DNA from: Laetmonice hystrix
Lineage: Eukaryota
Assembly: GCA_965235115.1 (NCBI GenBank)
Contig: OZ249442.1
Span: 6,882,001-6,946,000 of the forward strand
Direction: 5' to 3'
Length of the DNA: 64,000 bases
Of the stretch, positions 25,987-38,365 are shown in pieces (position 1 is the first letter of the stretch; each line of letters starts with the position of its first letter). A program made the position numbers and the translations under genes. The notes beneath the pieces were generated by a model that was given only the letters and a program-made list of their open reading frames with translations, was not told where the DNA came from and made no database searches.

Positions 25987-26949
25987 TTAATTTTAAGTAA
26001 ATCGGCTGGCGTTGATGACACGGCGCTATATGAAGTGGATAGGGTAACCTGAGACCAGATAACCCTCCGCCCTGACCTCCCCCCTGACCCCCACCCCAGG
26101 TATATTGACCCCATGATTACCTGTGGGTCAGTACAGATACCAACTTTCCTTCAGGTCTGTTAGGTTAAGGGGGTCGTGGCGTGTGGCATTGTCCTGGTCG
26201 GTGACAATGTCCTGTGATTGACAACAGTTTGGAACTCTTTGTAAAGTGGGCAATGGTAGCTGCTAGGGCTACTCATTCTATTGGCTCAACGACATTCTTG
26301 TATCTTATTTTAGAATTCGGATATAAGTCTAGGCTGGTGCTGAGTGCATATTAACGACTTCTCCGTCACTGAATTTTGTATAACTTAAAAAGGTCATGGA
26401 AGAAAAGCGTGGTCCCTTCTTTTATATCTTGCAATTTTTCATGTCACTTTCACACTTATTACTTAAAAAGGTTTTTATTCTCATTTTACAAGAGGTATAA
26501 ATTACGGGTGTATAGGTGGTCCCAACTATTACATATCTGGGTCATAACCTGAGAGCTGTTTGTGCTCTAAGATAGAAATAACACGAGCTCTATATACCTA
26601 GACTTAGAACGTCGTGGTTTTGGTAAAAGTGGCTCTCAGCACAAACATTAATACGTAGAGTATGTGGTGGTGACATGAACATTGAAACCAGACACTACAC
26701 ATAATATAGTACGGGTGTTACAGTAGTTTCAAAAAGTCTTCTCTCTGAATGAAATTGATACCGAGCAATGGGGATTATTGCTATTGGCATAAACCGGGGA
26801 AACTTGTGTGAGTGACATGAGGTCTTGACGGCACGATGAAGGCTAATATTGACCTTTAATAAACGGGCTTCTGTCAGCTTTACACGGGTGGTGTTGGGAT
26901 ATGGGAGAACGTATTGTAACTCGGTTCATTTTCCGCCTAGATTCAGGTG

Positions 26950-27962
26950 CATTTACCGGCAAGGTCCAGGACCATTTACCGGCAAGGTCCAGGACCATTT
27001 ACCGGCAAGGTCCAGGGCCATTTACCGGCAAGGTCCGGGACCATTTACCGGCAAGGTCCGGGACCATTTCCTGGCAGGGTCCGGGACCATTTCCTGGCAA
27101 GGTCCGGGACCATTTACCGGCAAGGTCCAGGACCATTTCCTGGCAAGGTCCGGGACCATTTCCTGGCAAGGTCCGGGACCATTTCCTGGCAAGGTCCGGG
27201 ACCATTTACCGGCAAGGTCCAGGACCATTTACCGGCAAGGTCCAGGGCCATTTACCGGCAAGGTCCGGGACCATTTACCGGCAAGGTCCAGGACCATTTA
27301 CCGGCAAGGTCCAGGACCATTTCCCGGCAAGGTCCGGGACCATTTACCGGCAAGGTCCAGGACCATTTACCGGCAAGGTCCGGGACCATTGACCGGCAAG
27401 GTCCGGGACCATTTCCCGGAAAGGTCCGGGACCATTTACCGGCAAGGTCCGGGACCATTTACCGGCAAGGTCCGGGACCATTTACCGGCAAGGTCCGGAA
27501 CCATTTACCGGCAAGGTCCAGGACCATTTACCGGCAAGGTCCGGGACCATTTACCGGCAAGGTCCAGGACCATTGACCGGCAAGGTCCGGGACCATTTAC
27601 CGGCAAGGTCCGGGACCATTTACCGGCAAGGTCCGGGACCATTTCCTGGCAGGGTCCGGGACCATTTCCTGGCAAGGTCCGGGACCATTTACCGGCAAGG
27701 TCCGGGACCATTTCCTGGCAAGGTCCGGGACCATTTCCTGGCAAGGTCCGGGACCATTTACCGGCAAGGTCCAGGACCATTTACCGGCAAGGTCCAGGAC
27801 CATTTACCGGCAAGGTCCGGGACCATTTACCGTCAAGGTCCGGGACCATTTCCCGGCAAGGTCCGGGACCATTTATCGGCAAGGTCCGGGACCATTTACC
27901 GGCAAGGTCCGGGACCATTTACCGGCAAGGTCCGGGACCATTTACCGGCAAGGTCCAGGACC
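26950..27962. repeat. 23-bp minisatellite, ~44 copies
   Basis: Unit ATTTACCGGCAAGGTCC(G/A)GGACC containing GGTCC-R-GGACC. Confidence 0.97.
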
Positions 27963-27980
27963 AGGAATCTCGCCGAGAGA

Positions 27981-28118
27981 CCAGGGGGTGTTTCAATATG
28001 TCCGTCGTACCGTCCGACTGGCGACGGACGGTCCGTCGCTTGGTTGTAGGGCCTGCAATCTTTGGTCCGTCGCCGGTCGCGCGGACGGTCCGACGCGCTT
28101 ATTGAAACACCCCCCTGG
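27981..28118. mobile_element. ~140-bp foldback (palindromic) MITE, possibly PIF/Harbinger-derived
   Basis: CCAGGGGGTGTTTCAATA at the left end and TATTGAAACACCCCCCTGG at the right end. Inner arms (CGTCGTACCGTCCGACTGGCGACGGAC vs GTCCGTCGCCGGTCGCGCGGACGGTCCGACG) are also inverted. No clean TSD. Confidence 0.65.
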
Positions 28119-29069
28119 GTCCAGTTTGTCAAAAATAGAAAAAAACTAGGCCTATATATAAATCTTAGGTAGGCCTACCATGATGCTACTTTGCTGGTCA
28201 ACAACCTTCCTTCCTTCCTATGGTCTGAGTGGGGGGGGGGGGTCATTTTAATGTGATAAAAAAATATTTTAAAATGGGAATTTGGAGATATTTAGCCTAA
28301 GATTGAGTAATCTGGAGCTAACGGTTACCTGGACTAAGATTGGGAGACGGTCGGTCTGTGATCAGACAAATGAAAAGAGTACACCGGTGTGTGTTTGGTC
28401 GAGTCGAGTACGTCACAATGGCTCTCTTGACGAACACCACAAACGGGATGATTTATTTGTTGTAGTATGTGAAGTGCTTTGTTGGTGTTCATCCTTGGTG
28501 GTGGTACACGGGCGCTGAACGACCTCACTTTGTTGAAAAATGTCGGTGAGAAAAGTCCAGCGTGTTGATATTCTCTCAGACAACATTGACACAAGAAGCT
28601 GGGCTCGTTTCTGTTTTTGTGACAACTGAGGCTAGAAGCATGATTGTCAACATGGCGTGGCATAGCGAGAAACTTTATGTTTATCCATGCAATCACTTCA
28701 CCTAGAATAAAGTCCTCGTTCACAGCTGTATAGTGTGTGGATATGAAGCAGCAATGAATTTTCTAAACTGTGATGTGACAAAAACTCGCCCATTAGTAGT
28801 GGAGCCCAGTGACGCGAGGCAAGGGACCAAATCCTTTGTTACACAAACTGATACGCTAAGGACACATCAAGGATGAAGGGACATGTCACCTTGGCCATAG
28901 ATTGAGGTCCTCGAGGTCTACAGTAAATGGTTCCTCCTTCACAGGTCCATCATTGTGCCTGTCATTGGTGCCAGACACAGGACTCCGTCAAACCGCGGAA
29001 TTTGACGATGTCAAACATGGCGGCGGCATGTCGCGAGTGGCCAAGCAGCCTTGGATGAAAACGTTATGA

Positions 29070-30210
29070 CTGACGGTCGGCAGGGTGTCTGGTGATGGGG
29101 CTGACGGTCGGCAGGGTCTGTCTGGTGATGGGGCTGACGGTCGGCAGGGTCTGTGATGATGGGGCTGACGGTCGGCAGGGTCTGTCTGATGATGGGGCTG
29201 ACGGTCGGCAGGGTCTGTCTGGTGATGGGGCTGACGGTCGGCAGGGTCTGTGATGATGGGGCTGACGGTCGGCAGGGTCTGTCTGATGATGGGGCTGACG
29301 GTCGGCAGGGTCTGTCTGGTGATGGGGCTGACGGTCGGCAGGGTCTGTCTGGTGATGGGGCTGACGGTCGGCAGGGTCTGTCTGATGATGGGGCTGACGG
29401 TCGGCAGGGTCTGTCTGGTGATGGGGCTGACGGTCGGCAGGGTCTGTGATGATGGGGCTGACGGTCGGCAGGGTCTGTCTGATGATGGGGCTGACGGTCG
29501 GCAGGGTCTGTCTGGTGATGGGGCTGACGGTCGGCAGGGTCTGTCTGGTGATGGGGCTGACGGTCGGCAGGGTCTGTCTGGTGATGGGGCTGACGGTCGG
29601 CAGGGTGTCTGGTGATGGGGCTGGCGGTCGGCAGGGTCTGTCTGGTGATGGGGCTGACGGTCGGCAGGGTCTGTCTGGTGATGGGGCTGACGGTCGGCAG
29701 GGTCTGTGATGATGGGGCTGACGGTCGCAGGGTCTGTCTGATGATGGGGCTGACGGTCGGCAGGGTCTGTCTGGGGATGGGGCTGACGGTCGGCAGGGTC
29801 TGTCTGATGATGGGGCTGACGGTCGGCAGGGTCTGTCTGATGATGGGGCTGACGGTCGGCAGGGTCTGTCTGATGATGGGGCTGACGGTCGGCAGGGTAT
29901 GTGATGATGGGGCGGACGGTCGGCAGGGTCTGTCTGATGATGGGGCTGACGGTCGGCAGGGTGTCTGGTGATGGGGCTGACGGTCAGCAGGGTCTGTCTG
30001 GTGATGGGGCTGACGGTCGGCAGGGTCTGTCTGATGATGGGGCTGACGGTCGGCAGGGTCTGTGATGATGGGGCTGACGGTCGGCAGGGTTTGTCTGGTG
30101 ATGGGGCTGGCGGTCGGCAGGGTCTGTCTGATGATGGGGCTGACGGTCGGCAGGGTCTGTCTGGTGATGGGGCTGACGGTCGGCAGGGTCTGTCTGGTGA
30201 TGGGGTTGAC
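29070..30210. repeat. 33-bp (31-bp variant) minisatellite, ~35 copies
   Basis: Unit GTGATGGGGCTGACGGTCGGCAGGGTCTGTCTG. Confidence 0.97.
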
Positions 30211-31685
30211 TGCTGATCGGGCGGCGAGGGACACGCGTAGATCTACAGGGCGACCTCAGTTAACTTTGGGATCTCGTGAAATCAGCAGCCTATAGGATGA
30301 GAAAATTGGTTTCTTATTGACACGATGAAGATTTTATTTACTCATCTGTCTGTTTGATTGTTCACGCAGACGCTGACTGTTTTCGACCTATAAGGCAGTA
30401 TTATGTTAGTTTAGAGCCGTAACGACTCATCATGCCTTCGTCCTTTCCTTTCATCTCTCCCTATGATTTAAGCCCTAGGTCTAACCATTAGAGTCTATAT
30501 TGATAGACTCTATGGTCTAATTGTCTTTAAATTGACCAGAGCAGGCTGTTAGAGTTGCGAATGCCGTCTGATGGGTGTTTCATTCCCAAGTATTTTGCAC
30601 TTATTCATCGGTATTCTAAAGGAACAATACTTTTCAGCTGAACTTTTACTTTCCCCCCAAAATTATACACTAGTATAGGGAAACTCTAGGCCAGGCCAAT
30701 AAGTTTATTTTCAATGTCAGTAACCTAACATCGATTTTTTTCTGGGATATGTACACAAGATGTGAGAGGTAGCCGGGAGGGTGTGAATAGGTTTGGTGGA
30801 GTTGAGTATTAAAGGTATCGTATATGTATACTAGGTTATATAGGGACAGAGAGGGTGAAACAGGATAAGGAAGGTGTGTACTAGGTAAAGCACGGTGGAT
30901 TAGGGTTCAGGGTTGGGGATTATCAGTATACACAGTGAATATAGAGGCGGGCTCAAACGATGGGATATAGGACCCACCTTTACGGTGTATTTGTCACCTA
31001 CCAGACTGCGATACTTACCTGCCTCCATCTCTATATGGGACATACTAGTGTACATTACAGTCCATCCCAACCTACATGTGTCAACACACAACGGCTGCTT
31101 CATTTTTATTCCACGGTGAATCGGGAAGAGTCAATCCAACTTCCACATATTTCCCAACGTACGTGTCGAGAGACCACGATTCGGCAAACTTTTCTTTATT
31201 TGGGAAAAAAATCTAGGTCCATATAGGCTGGTAGTTTGAAACATATATGTTTTGTGTAAATATAAAGTTTAGTGTGTGTGCCCAGTACCTTATTCCTTGG
31301 AATTCCCTGCACCAGATGATATCTTCGTATAGAGTACTTGGTTTTTGTAAGTTTATCTCTTTCAGAAGATGTGTGGAAGAGCTCGTCGAGTTCTGCCACA
31401 CAATGGAATGGTATGTTTGACTAGACAGAGTTTAGTCGCTGGACCGAGCAGCCCGTATTAGTGTTGGTCCACCTGATTCAGCTAACTCAAACAGACAGCC
31501 AGCCCTCATACAATACGGAACCTCTGGCGCGCCAGGCCCAGTTGATTCTCGCTTCATGTTGGAGAAAGTCTTCCTCACCGCTATACTTTAGGTTACCACT
31601 AGGGGAGCTGTGACTGAAGGCGGCAGTAAGACCTGATTTAGGGCGATCGTCACCAGGAAAAGGTTGTGACTTCATATCACTACTG

Positions 31686-32460
31686 GAACATCACGAAAGG
31701 TGCTCCTGACGGACGTCCTAAACTATCTCCTGAGACAGGACATCACGGACATCCTGACGTCCTAAACTATCTCCTGAGACAGGATATCACGGACGTCCTG
31801 AACTATCTCCTGAGACAGGACATCACGGACGTCCTGAACTATCTCCTGAGACAGGACATCACGGACGTCCTGAACTATCTCCTGGGACAGGACATCACGG
31901 ACGTCCTGAACTATCTCCTGAGACAGGACATCACGGACGTCCTGAACTATCTCCTGGGACAGGACATCACGGACATCCTAAACTATCTCCTGAGACAGGA
32001 CATCACGGTCGTCCTGACGTCCTGAACTATCTCCTGAGACAGGACATCACGGACATCCTGACGTCCTGAGCTATCTCCTGAGACAGGACATCACGGACGT
32101 CCTGAACTATCTCCTGAGACAGGACATCACGGACATCCTGAACTATCTCCTGAGACAGGACATCACGAACGTCCTGAACTATCTCCTGAGACAGGACATC
32201 ACGGTCCTCCTGACGTCCTGAACTATCTCCTGGGACAGGACATCACGGACGTCCTGAACTATCTCCTGAGACAGGACATCACGGACGTCCTGACGTCCTA
32301 AACTATCTCCTGACACAGGACATCACGGACGTCCTAAACTATCTCCTGAGACAGGACATCACGGACATCCTGACGTCCTGAACTATCTCCTGAGACAGGA
32401 CATCACGGACGTCCTGAACTATCTCCTGAGACAGGACATCACGGTCCTCCTGACGTCCTG
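31686..32460. repeat. 36-bp minisatellite, ~20 copies, some with an 8-bp TCCTGACG insertion
   Basis: Unit TCCTGAACTATCTCCTGAGACAGGACATCACGGACG. Confidence 0.95.
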
Positions 32461-33401
32461 AGAATGTCCCAAGGAAGATTTGTCTACTGTAGCTGTCGGC
32501 GGATAGCTCTCGTGGATTGTATCTGACAGAGAGGAGGACGTTTCGGATGTGTGTGGTATAACGGAAACCAGCACGACGACGAACCCCCCACGTGGTTCCG
32601 GAATCAGGTAGGCCCAGTTCTCAGACTTACAGAATGAGTTTATAAACCAAGTGTTCCAACCCATCAGCCTTTTCTTATCTCCACCCCAGTTTCTCCAAAT
32701 GGAAGATGTTATTGGATGTTAAGTGTTACGTCATTAGCATCAAGTGTTTCTTGTTTTCTGCGTCTGGCTGCTCCAGAAATACCTTCACCTGCCGTGCCCA
32801 TGATACATGTAGTTCTTTCCTTCCGGTGATCGCTCTGTCCTAACCAGAAACAGTGCAGAGAATGCTGGGCCGTCAGGTCGTTCGGCTCTTTATCTGGTCT
32901 CAGTCTGATACTAGATCAGCACCAGAGATCATAGGATGAAGTGTAACAAGATACAACATCAAAATCTGGCTGGCATACTTCTCCCGGACACCTGGCCACA
33001 AAATTATAACGGTCTGAGGAACGTCTTCATGGCATGAGGCAAGGGGGCATGTGACTCCGTGTTTCCTGTGATCATAACCGAGGGAGAGGTTTTTTGGTAC
33101 CTCTCAGCTCCTTGTAATCATCCATTAGGTTGACCTGCTGAGCAGTCTGTTCTAGTTTATCATTTTCTTCCACCCCCATCTATTTTTTCTGGCCTTTATC
33201 TTGGGGTGTTTTTTATATTATTATTTAATAAAGGCGTGGCAGGCTATGAAGTGACATGAGTGAGGTTTGTCAGGCAGTCCATCTTGTTTAGCTGCTCCAG
33301 CACCCTTGTCATAACAAATTTATTGTGGAGAAATAGTTGAACCTAATACTGGAAACTCACTGCTACTGTGCCACAGTACTCAGGAACAGTCGGACCAGAC
33401 A

Positions 33402-33663
33402 CCCATTGGGGGCGTAGTTACAGGAGGCATTGGGGGCGTAGTTACAGGAGCCATTGGGGGCGTAGTTACAGGAGCCATTGGGGGCGTAGTTACAGGAGCC
33501 ACTGAGGGCGTAGTTACAGGAGCCATTGGGTGCGTAGTTACAGGAGCCATGGGGGGCGTAGTTACAGGAGCCATTGGGGGCGTAGTTACAGGAGCCATTG
33601 GGGGCGTAGTTACAGGAGCCATTGGGGGCGTAGTTACAAGAGCCATTGGGGGTGTAATTACAA
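33402..33663. repeat. 24-bp minisatellite, ~11 copies
   Basis: Unit CCATTGGGGGCGTAGTTACAGGAG. Confidence 0.95.
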
Positions 33664-34626
33664 AGTCTACGTTCACAGAAACTTGTACACATGTAGATTG
33701 GACCCCAGAAACAGTATGTCGGTTTTCTGATACATATTCAATATTGGACAAAATGCTGTAAAATTTATGGCATTGATACTGTATTGTTTTTTAACCCCAA
33801 GGACTGCGGTGTTTAACAGTAGGGGATTATATTGACCTGCAGCAGACAGATTCGTATAAAGTAATAAAACAAAGTACGTTTGATATTATCCCTATGGTGA
33901 ATCGCCTTAGAAATAGTTCGCCGTTACACGACCAGGGGGCGCTGTGAAGGGTTAACTGTAAGGTTATGGGAAGACGTGACAACCCGGATGCAGACAGTCA
34001 TTTATCTGGTCCGAGGCGGAGCGAGTCAGTGATGGGATTAACGGTGAGCCTGGCTGGTCAAGGGTGTGGTCATCCCCTGACCGCTGCCTGCACCAGGTGC
34101 CATCATTGGGCCAGCACCGGTTAAGTCGGACACTGCCCGGGGATCAGGTGCACCAAGCTCGAGATTTAGGAGGGACACTCAAACATTCTTCAGGGCAATG
34201 TTTCCAGTTGGCTATTGCATTCGGTTCTCTGTGCTTATCGAGGAAAATATTCAAGGAAATGTTGGGTATTTTGGCACGCTTTCTAGATGTATAGATTTGT
34301 CGATTCAATAAATAATGTGTATTGGGTGAAGATTGCGGTCGAACTCTCTGGGGCCGTCTTATTGGGTTCTGGAGGTTCTTTCAAGAGTTAAGACCCATAT
34401 ACCACCAGATATGTTACGTTAAACTCTACACGACAGGGAGGATTATGATATTTAATACTCATTAATCTCGATGGAAACCTGAGATATATGGTAATCCCAA
34501 CAGCCTGGGGAGAGTAGGAAGAATCAAGCGGTGTATAGAGTTTTATTACTTGTACCTGTCTATGGAAGAGTATGATTTCAACCAGCATACATTTTTTTTT
34601 TTTTTTTTTTTATTATGCATATTTTG

Positions 34627-34675
34627 ACAGGGGAACCCACTCGACTTGTCAGCCGCCATTAATGTAGGGCCCTGT
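34627..34675 (-). other. 3'-terminal stem-loop of the LINE RNA
   Basis: Sense ACAGGGCCCTACATTAATGGCGGCTGACAAGTCGAGTGGGTTCCCCTGT: ACAGGG/CCCTGT outer stem, CCCTAC/GTGGG inner stem, ~15 nt upstream of the tail. Confidence 0.6.
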
Positions 34676-34866
34676 GATACATTAACGTATTATACACTTT
34701 CACACATACATTCTACATTACCTTGTATGTACAGTATATAGTTTTACACATCCTTCTTAGCACTTAACAATTACATATAATATTTCTGCACTTACACATT
34801 CACTTTCGTATACAATTTAACCCATGCTTCTTAGAGCTTCTTACGAGATAAATCTATCTTTTCCCC

Positions 34867-37728
34867 CTAGTGTCTTTCATTCATGTACATATTATTATAA
34901 TATTTTTTAATCTCTACTTTAAATTCCTTCTTGTCCTTTAGGTTTCTCATGTAAACTGGTAGTTCGTTCCAAAGTGTAGGCCCAGTGTAGCTATTACATT
35001 TCTTAAAATGCTCACTCCTAGGTCTGGGTACTTCTAATAGAACTGCATCATGTGCTCTTGTAATGTTTGATTGAGCTATTCTGGAAGTGTTTTCAAGTAC
35101 CTCAAAGAAGGTAATCTTTTGCATCATAATTAGTCGTCTATATTTACATGGGAGTAACTTTGCTTCCTGGTGTAGCTGAAAAGTATTGAATAATCTATCC
35201 TTGTTCAATGCAATCTTTAACCCATTGTTTTGTATTACTTGCAGTTTGTGTTTATAATATTCAGTACACGTCCCGTTAAAAATGTTACCATATTCGAGAT
35301 ATGGTAGAATCATTGATTTGAATATAGTTAATGCAGTCGTTTTATTTACATATCGTCTTAATTTAGATAACATATATACCTTGTGTCCGGCTTTCTTGAT
35401 ACAATTTTTAATGTGATGATGGAATTGAAGTTTATTGTCGATTACTATCCCCAAATATGTAAATTTGTTAACAAATTCTAGATTATTGTTATTAATACTG
35501 ATATGGATATTTCTATCTTCGTCACTGCTTCTACCAAAAAGCATACATTTCGTTTTCTTTACATTAACTGTAAGTTTATTGTTTATAAACCAAGTATTCA
35601 GTTTATTAATGTCGTCAGTAATTTGTGTTACCAATTCTGGCAAACTAAAACTGTGTGCTACCATAGCTGTGTCATCGGCAAATGCACTTAAGTCTGATTT
35701 GATATCGGAGTCCAATATGTCATTGACATATAATAAGTAGATCAACGGGCCAAGAATTGTACCTTGCGGTATGCCGTAATTGATAACTTTACATTCTGAT
35801 TCAATTTCATTGTGTCTTACAAATTGCTGTCTATCTTTTAAGTATTCTATTATCCATGATTTGCTTTTATCTATTATACCCACATTTTCTAATTTAGTGG
35901 CTAGGATATCATGGTTGATACAATTAAATGCTTTTGCCAGATCCAGGAAAACTATAATGCTGTATTGGCCACTATTCTTATGTTCAAATATTTGGTTTAC
36001 AACTTTGTTGACCGCACCAGTTGTTGACTTTCCCTTCCTGAATCCATTTTGTGAAGATAAAAAGAGGTTATTGCTTTCCATATAGTTGTAGACAATTTTG
36101 TTTACGTGTTTTTCCAAGATCTTTGATGGCAGGGGAGTGTTAGAGATCGGTCTTAAGTTATTCAAATCCGTTGGATCTCCTTTTTTAGGTACTGGGGTAA
36201 CTCTAGCCACTTTAAATGCCGTAGGAATTTGGGAGTTTTCCAGCGAGTAGTTGTAGAGCCTAACAATGATGTCTGGTATTGCATTGAATGCATCGACTAG
36301 GACTCTCGTGCTAACTCTATTTAATCCCGATGACTTTGATAAAGAGATTTCATTCAAGATATTACAAAGACTGTCGACTGTGAATTTGCCAAGGTCTGCT
36401 AATACTGCATTGCTCTTCTGGACTGTAGGTCTGTTGATTGCCGAGGGATGTGGTAATCGGTCGGCTAGATCCTTTCCTATATTAATAAAATAGTCATTCA
36501 TCAGTTCCGTCGCCTCTTTATCTTTACACATGTTACCATTAACTGGATTACGTATTTCATCGATTTTAATATTTGACATCTCCGGTATTAAAGTTTTAAT
36601 ATCTTTCCAGAATTTCTTTTGGTCTTTTTCGTGTTCTTTTAATTTATTCAACATATAGTTTTGCTTAGCATCTCTGACTAGTTTATTGTAGGTTCTCCTT
36701 GCATGGCAGGCCCTATCATAGTTATATTGGGTTTTACTTCTACGGTAAATCCTAAATAAAATATCTCTTTGCAGCTCAAACTCTGTTAGTTCCCTATTTA
36801 ACCACTCGGGTCGTTGGCTTCCAACTTTAACCTTTCTATAGGGGCACATGCGGTCAATTTCAAACTCAATACCTTTGTAGATCATATCCCACATGTCATT
36901 TATATCTTCCAGTAGATCAAGGACTGTCCAATCTAAATTTTTTAATCTACTTTGGAATAGCTCCTTATTATAGTTGCTAAAACGTCTGCAATAAATAAAC
37001 TTCTTATCTCTAACGGTATGTTTCCTTTTTTTGATAATATATACAGGTAGGTGATCGCTAATATTGTAGTTTATGCATCCCGAGCTAAATATGTTCTTGA
37101 TATTGGTAATAACTACATCTATTAAGGTACTACCTTTAAGATGAATTCGGGTATCGTTTTCTATAATTTGTTTTAGTGTATAGTCATCTTCTAAGCCAGC
37201 AAGTAGTTTATACGAATCGGCTTTTTTATCCGAATAATCTAGGTTAAGATCTCCAATGATGACCACTTCACATTTATGTAAATCATTAATAGTGTTTATA
37301 CATTCTCTAATTGTTTCGATAGCTATTCCTGGGGTTCCCTTAGGTGGTCTATAGCAGTTTAATAGAATTATTTTCTTAGCATTATTACCCTTGATAATAA
37401 GGACTTGCAGTTCTATGTGACAATTCGAAATTTGGGTTACTACCTGGAAATTTATATCTTCTTTAACATAAGTGCAAGTACCCCCTCCCCTTTTGTTAAC
37501 TCTATCATTACGAATTATCTGGTATCCTTTAATCTGTACCATTGATGATGGTAATTCAGGTGACAACCATGTTTCACTCAGGCACAGAATGTTCACGTAT
37601 GGGGTAAAGTTATGTACAATGCTATCGAGTTTAGGTAGTAAACTTCTGACGTTGAGATGCATAATTTTAAATCCCTTCATCATTGAGAGCTCTTCCGCTG
37701 ATATGTTTACTTGTTCATTAGTACACAT
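34867..37728 (-). CDS. LINE ORF2: apurinic-type endonuclease + reverse transcriptase, 953 aa, uninterrupted
   Basis: APE motifs HLNVRSL, LSETWL, RNDR..GGG, YRPP, GDLN, LID, SDHLP. RT motifs NLRPIS..SKILEK, QNGFR..KST, FLDLAKAF, GIPQGTILGP, FADDT, KTKCM, YLGIVID. CR1/L2-type tail LEYG, KLQVIQN, GPTLWNELP. Confidence 0.97.
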   Translation of the reverse strand: MCTNEQVNISAEELSMMKGFKIMHLNVRSLLPKLDSIVHNFTPYVNILCLSETWLSPELPSSMVQIKGYQIIRNDRVNKRGGGTCTYVKEDINFQVVTQISNCHIELQVLIIKGNNAKKIILLNCYRPPKGTPGIAIETIRECINTINDLHKCEVVIIGDLNLDYSDKKADSYKLLAGLEDDYTLKQIIENDTRIHLKGSTLIDVVITNIKNIFSSGCINYNISDHLPVYIIKKRKHTVRDKKFIYCRRFSNYNKELFQSRLKNLDWTVLDLLEDINDMWDMIYKGIEFEIDRMCPYRKVKVGSQRPEWLNRELTEFELQRDILFRIYRRSKTQYNYDRACHARRTYNKLVRDAKQNYMLNKLKEHEKDQKKFWKDIKTLIPEMSNIKIDEIRNPVNGNMCKDKEATELMNDYFINIGKDLADRLPHPSAINRPTVQKSNAVLADLGKFTVDSLCNILNEISLSKSSGLNRVSTRVLVDAFNAIPDIIVRLYNYSLENSQIPTAFKVARVTPVPKKGDPTDLNNLRPISNTPLPSKILEKHVNKIVYNYMESNNLFLSSQNGFRKGKSTTGAVNKVVNQIFEHKNSGQYSIIVFLDLAKAFNCINHDILATKLENVGIIDKSKSWIIEYLKDRQQFVRHNEIESECKVINYGIPQGTILGPLIYLLYVNDILDSDIKSDLSAFADDTAMVAHSFSLPELVTQITDDINKLNTWFINNKLTVNVKKTKCMLFGRSSDEDRNIHISINNNNLEFVNKFTYLGIVIDNKLQFHHHIKNCIKKAGHKVYMLSKLRRYVNKTTALTIFKSMILPYLEYGNIFNGTCTEYYKHKLQVIQNNGLKIALNKDRLFNTFQLHQEAKLLPCKYRRLIMMQKITFFEVLENTSRIAQSNITRAHDAVLLEVPRPRSEHFKKCNSYTGPTLWNELPVYMRNLKDKKEFKVEIKKYYNNMYMNERH

Positions 37729-38047
37729 TGGTAAGATACGTGAGATATTTTATACAGTCGAGTCTTCATATACGGGTAGTTCGTTTTGTCAATTTCTTCA
37801 TCTAGGGTTTTACGAATCTTAGTTTGAGAACGCAATGAGGTATACATAGTCATGGGTGAAAGTCTTTCACTGGGTGCATACAAGGTACAAATACAGCACA
37901 TATATACATATATACAGTCAATTCCGGTATCGTCAGTAGGTGAAGGCATATGTTTTCTACAGTCACCAATGACCACGTATGTCCACGGGCAGATACAATG
38001 AGCTGTAACTGTGATGTTGTTACTGTGACATGGTGTCTTTGCTTAGA

Positions 38048-38313
38048 GCACCCCGCTGCCCATATTCCCCAGCGGGAGCTATATGCACACGGGGTACAAA
38101 GGCATCTTACCACAAGATAGGTAGCACTGAGATATTTAAATCAGATGTGTATCTTAGTATAAGCATAGATGTAGGGTATAAGGCACCCCGCTGCCCATAT
38201 TCCCCATCGGGAGCTATAGGCACACGGTGTACAAGATATCCTACAGTAATATAATCCTATGTATATGTGATAAAAAAAATACTTTCGTGCCCATATTCCC
38301 CAACGGGAGCTAT
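38048..38313 (-). promoter_or_regulatory. Three copies of a conserved 26-35-nt motif in the inter-ORF spacer (putative RNA stem-loops)
   Basis: Plus-strand TGCCCATATTCCCCA(G/T/A)CGGGAGCTAT in copies at 38048-38082, 38183-38217, 38288-38313. The repeat is directly visible; function is inferred. Confidence 0.5.
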
Positions 38314-38365
38314 GGGTTTGGTTGACTGACATCCTACCGTAAATCCGAGGATGGCGTGAGTCCTA

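Noticed and set aside
32640-33350. Minus-strand fragments faintly resembling an RTE ORF2 C-terminus (ISGADL, SRTT*RPSI, ELHVSW)
   Set aside because: Similarity is too sparse and interrupted to support without a profile search (a TBLASTN/HMM hit to RTE would reinstate it).
33795-33951. TTAA-CCC...GGG-TTAA piggyBac-like mini element
   Set aside because: The terminal match beyond CCC/GGG is negligible.
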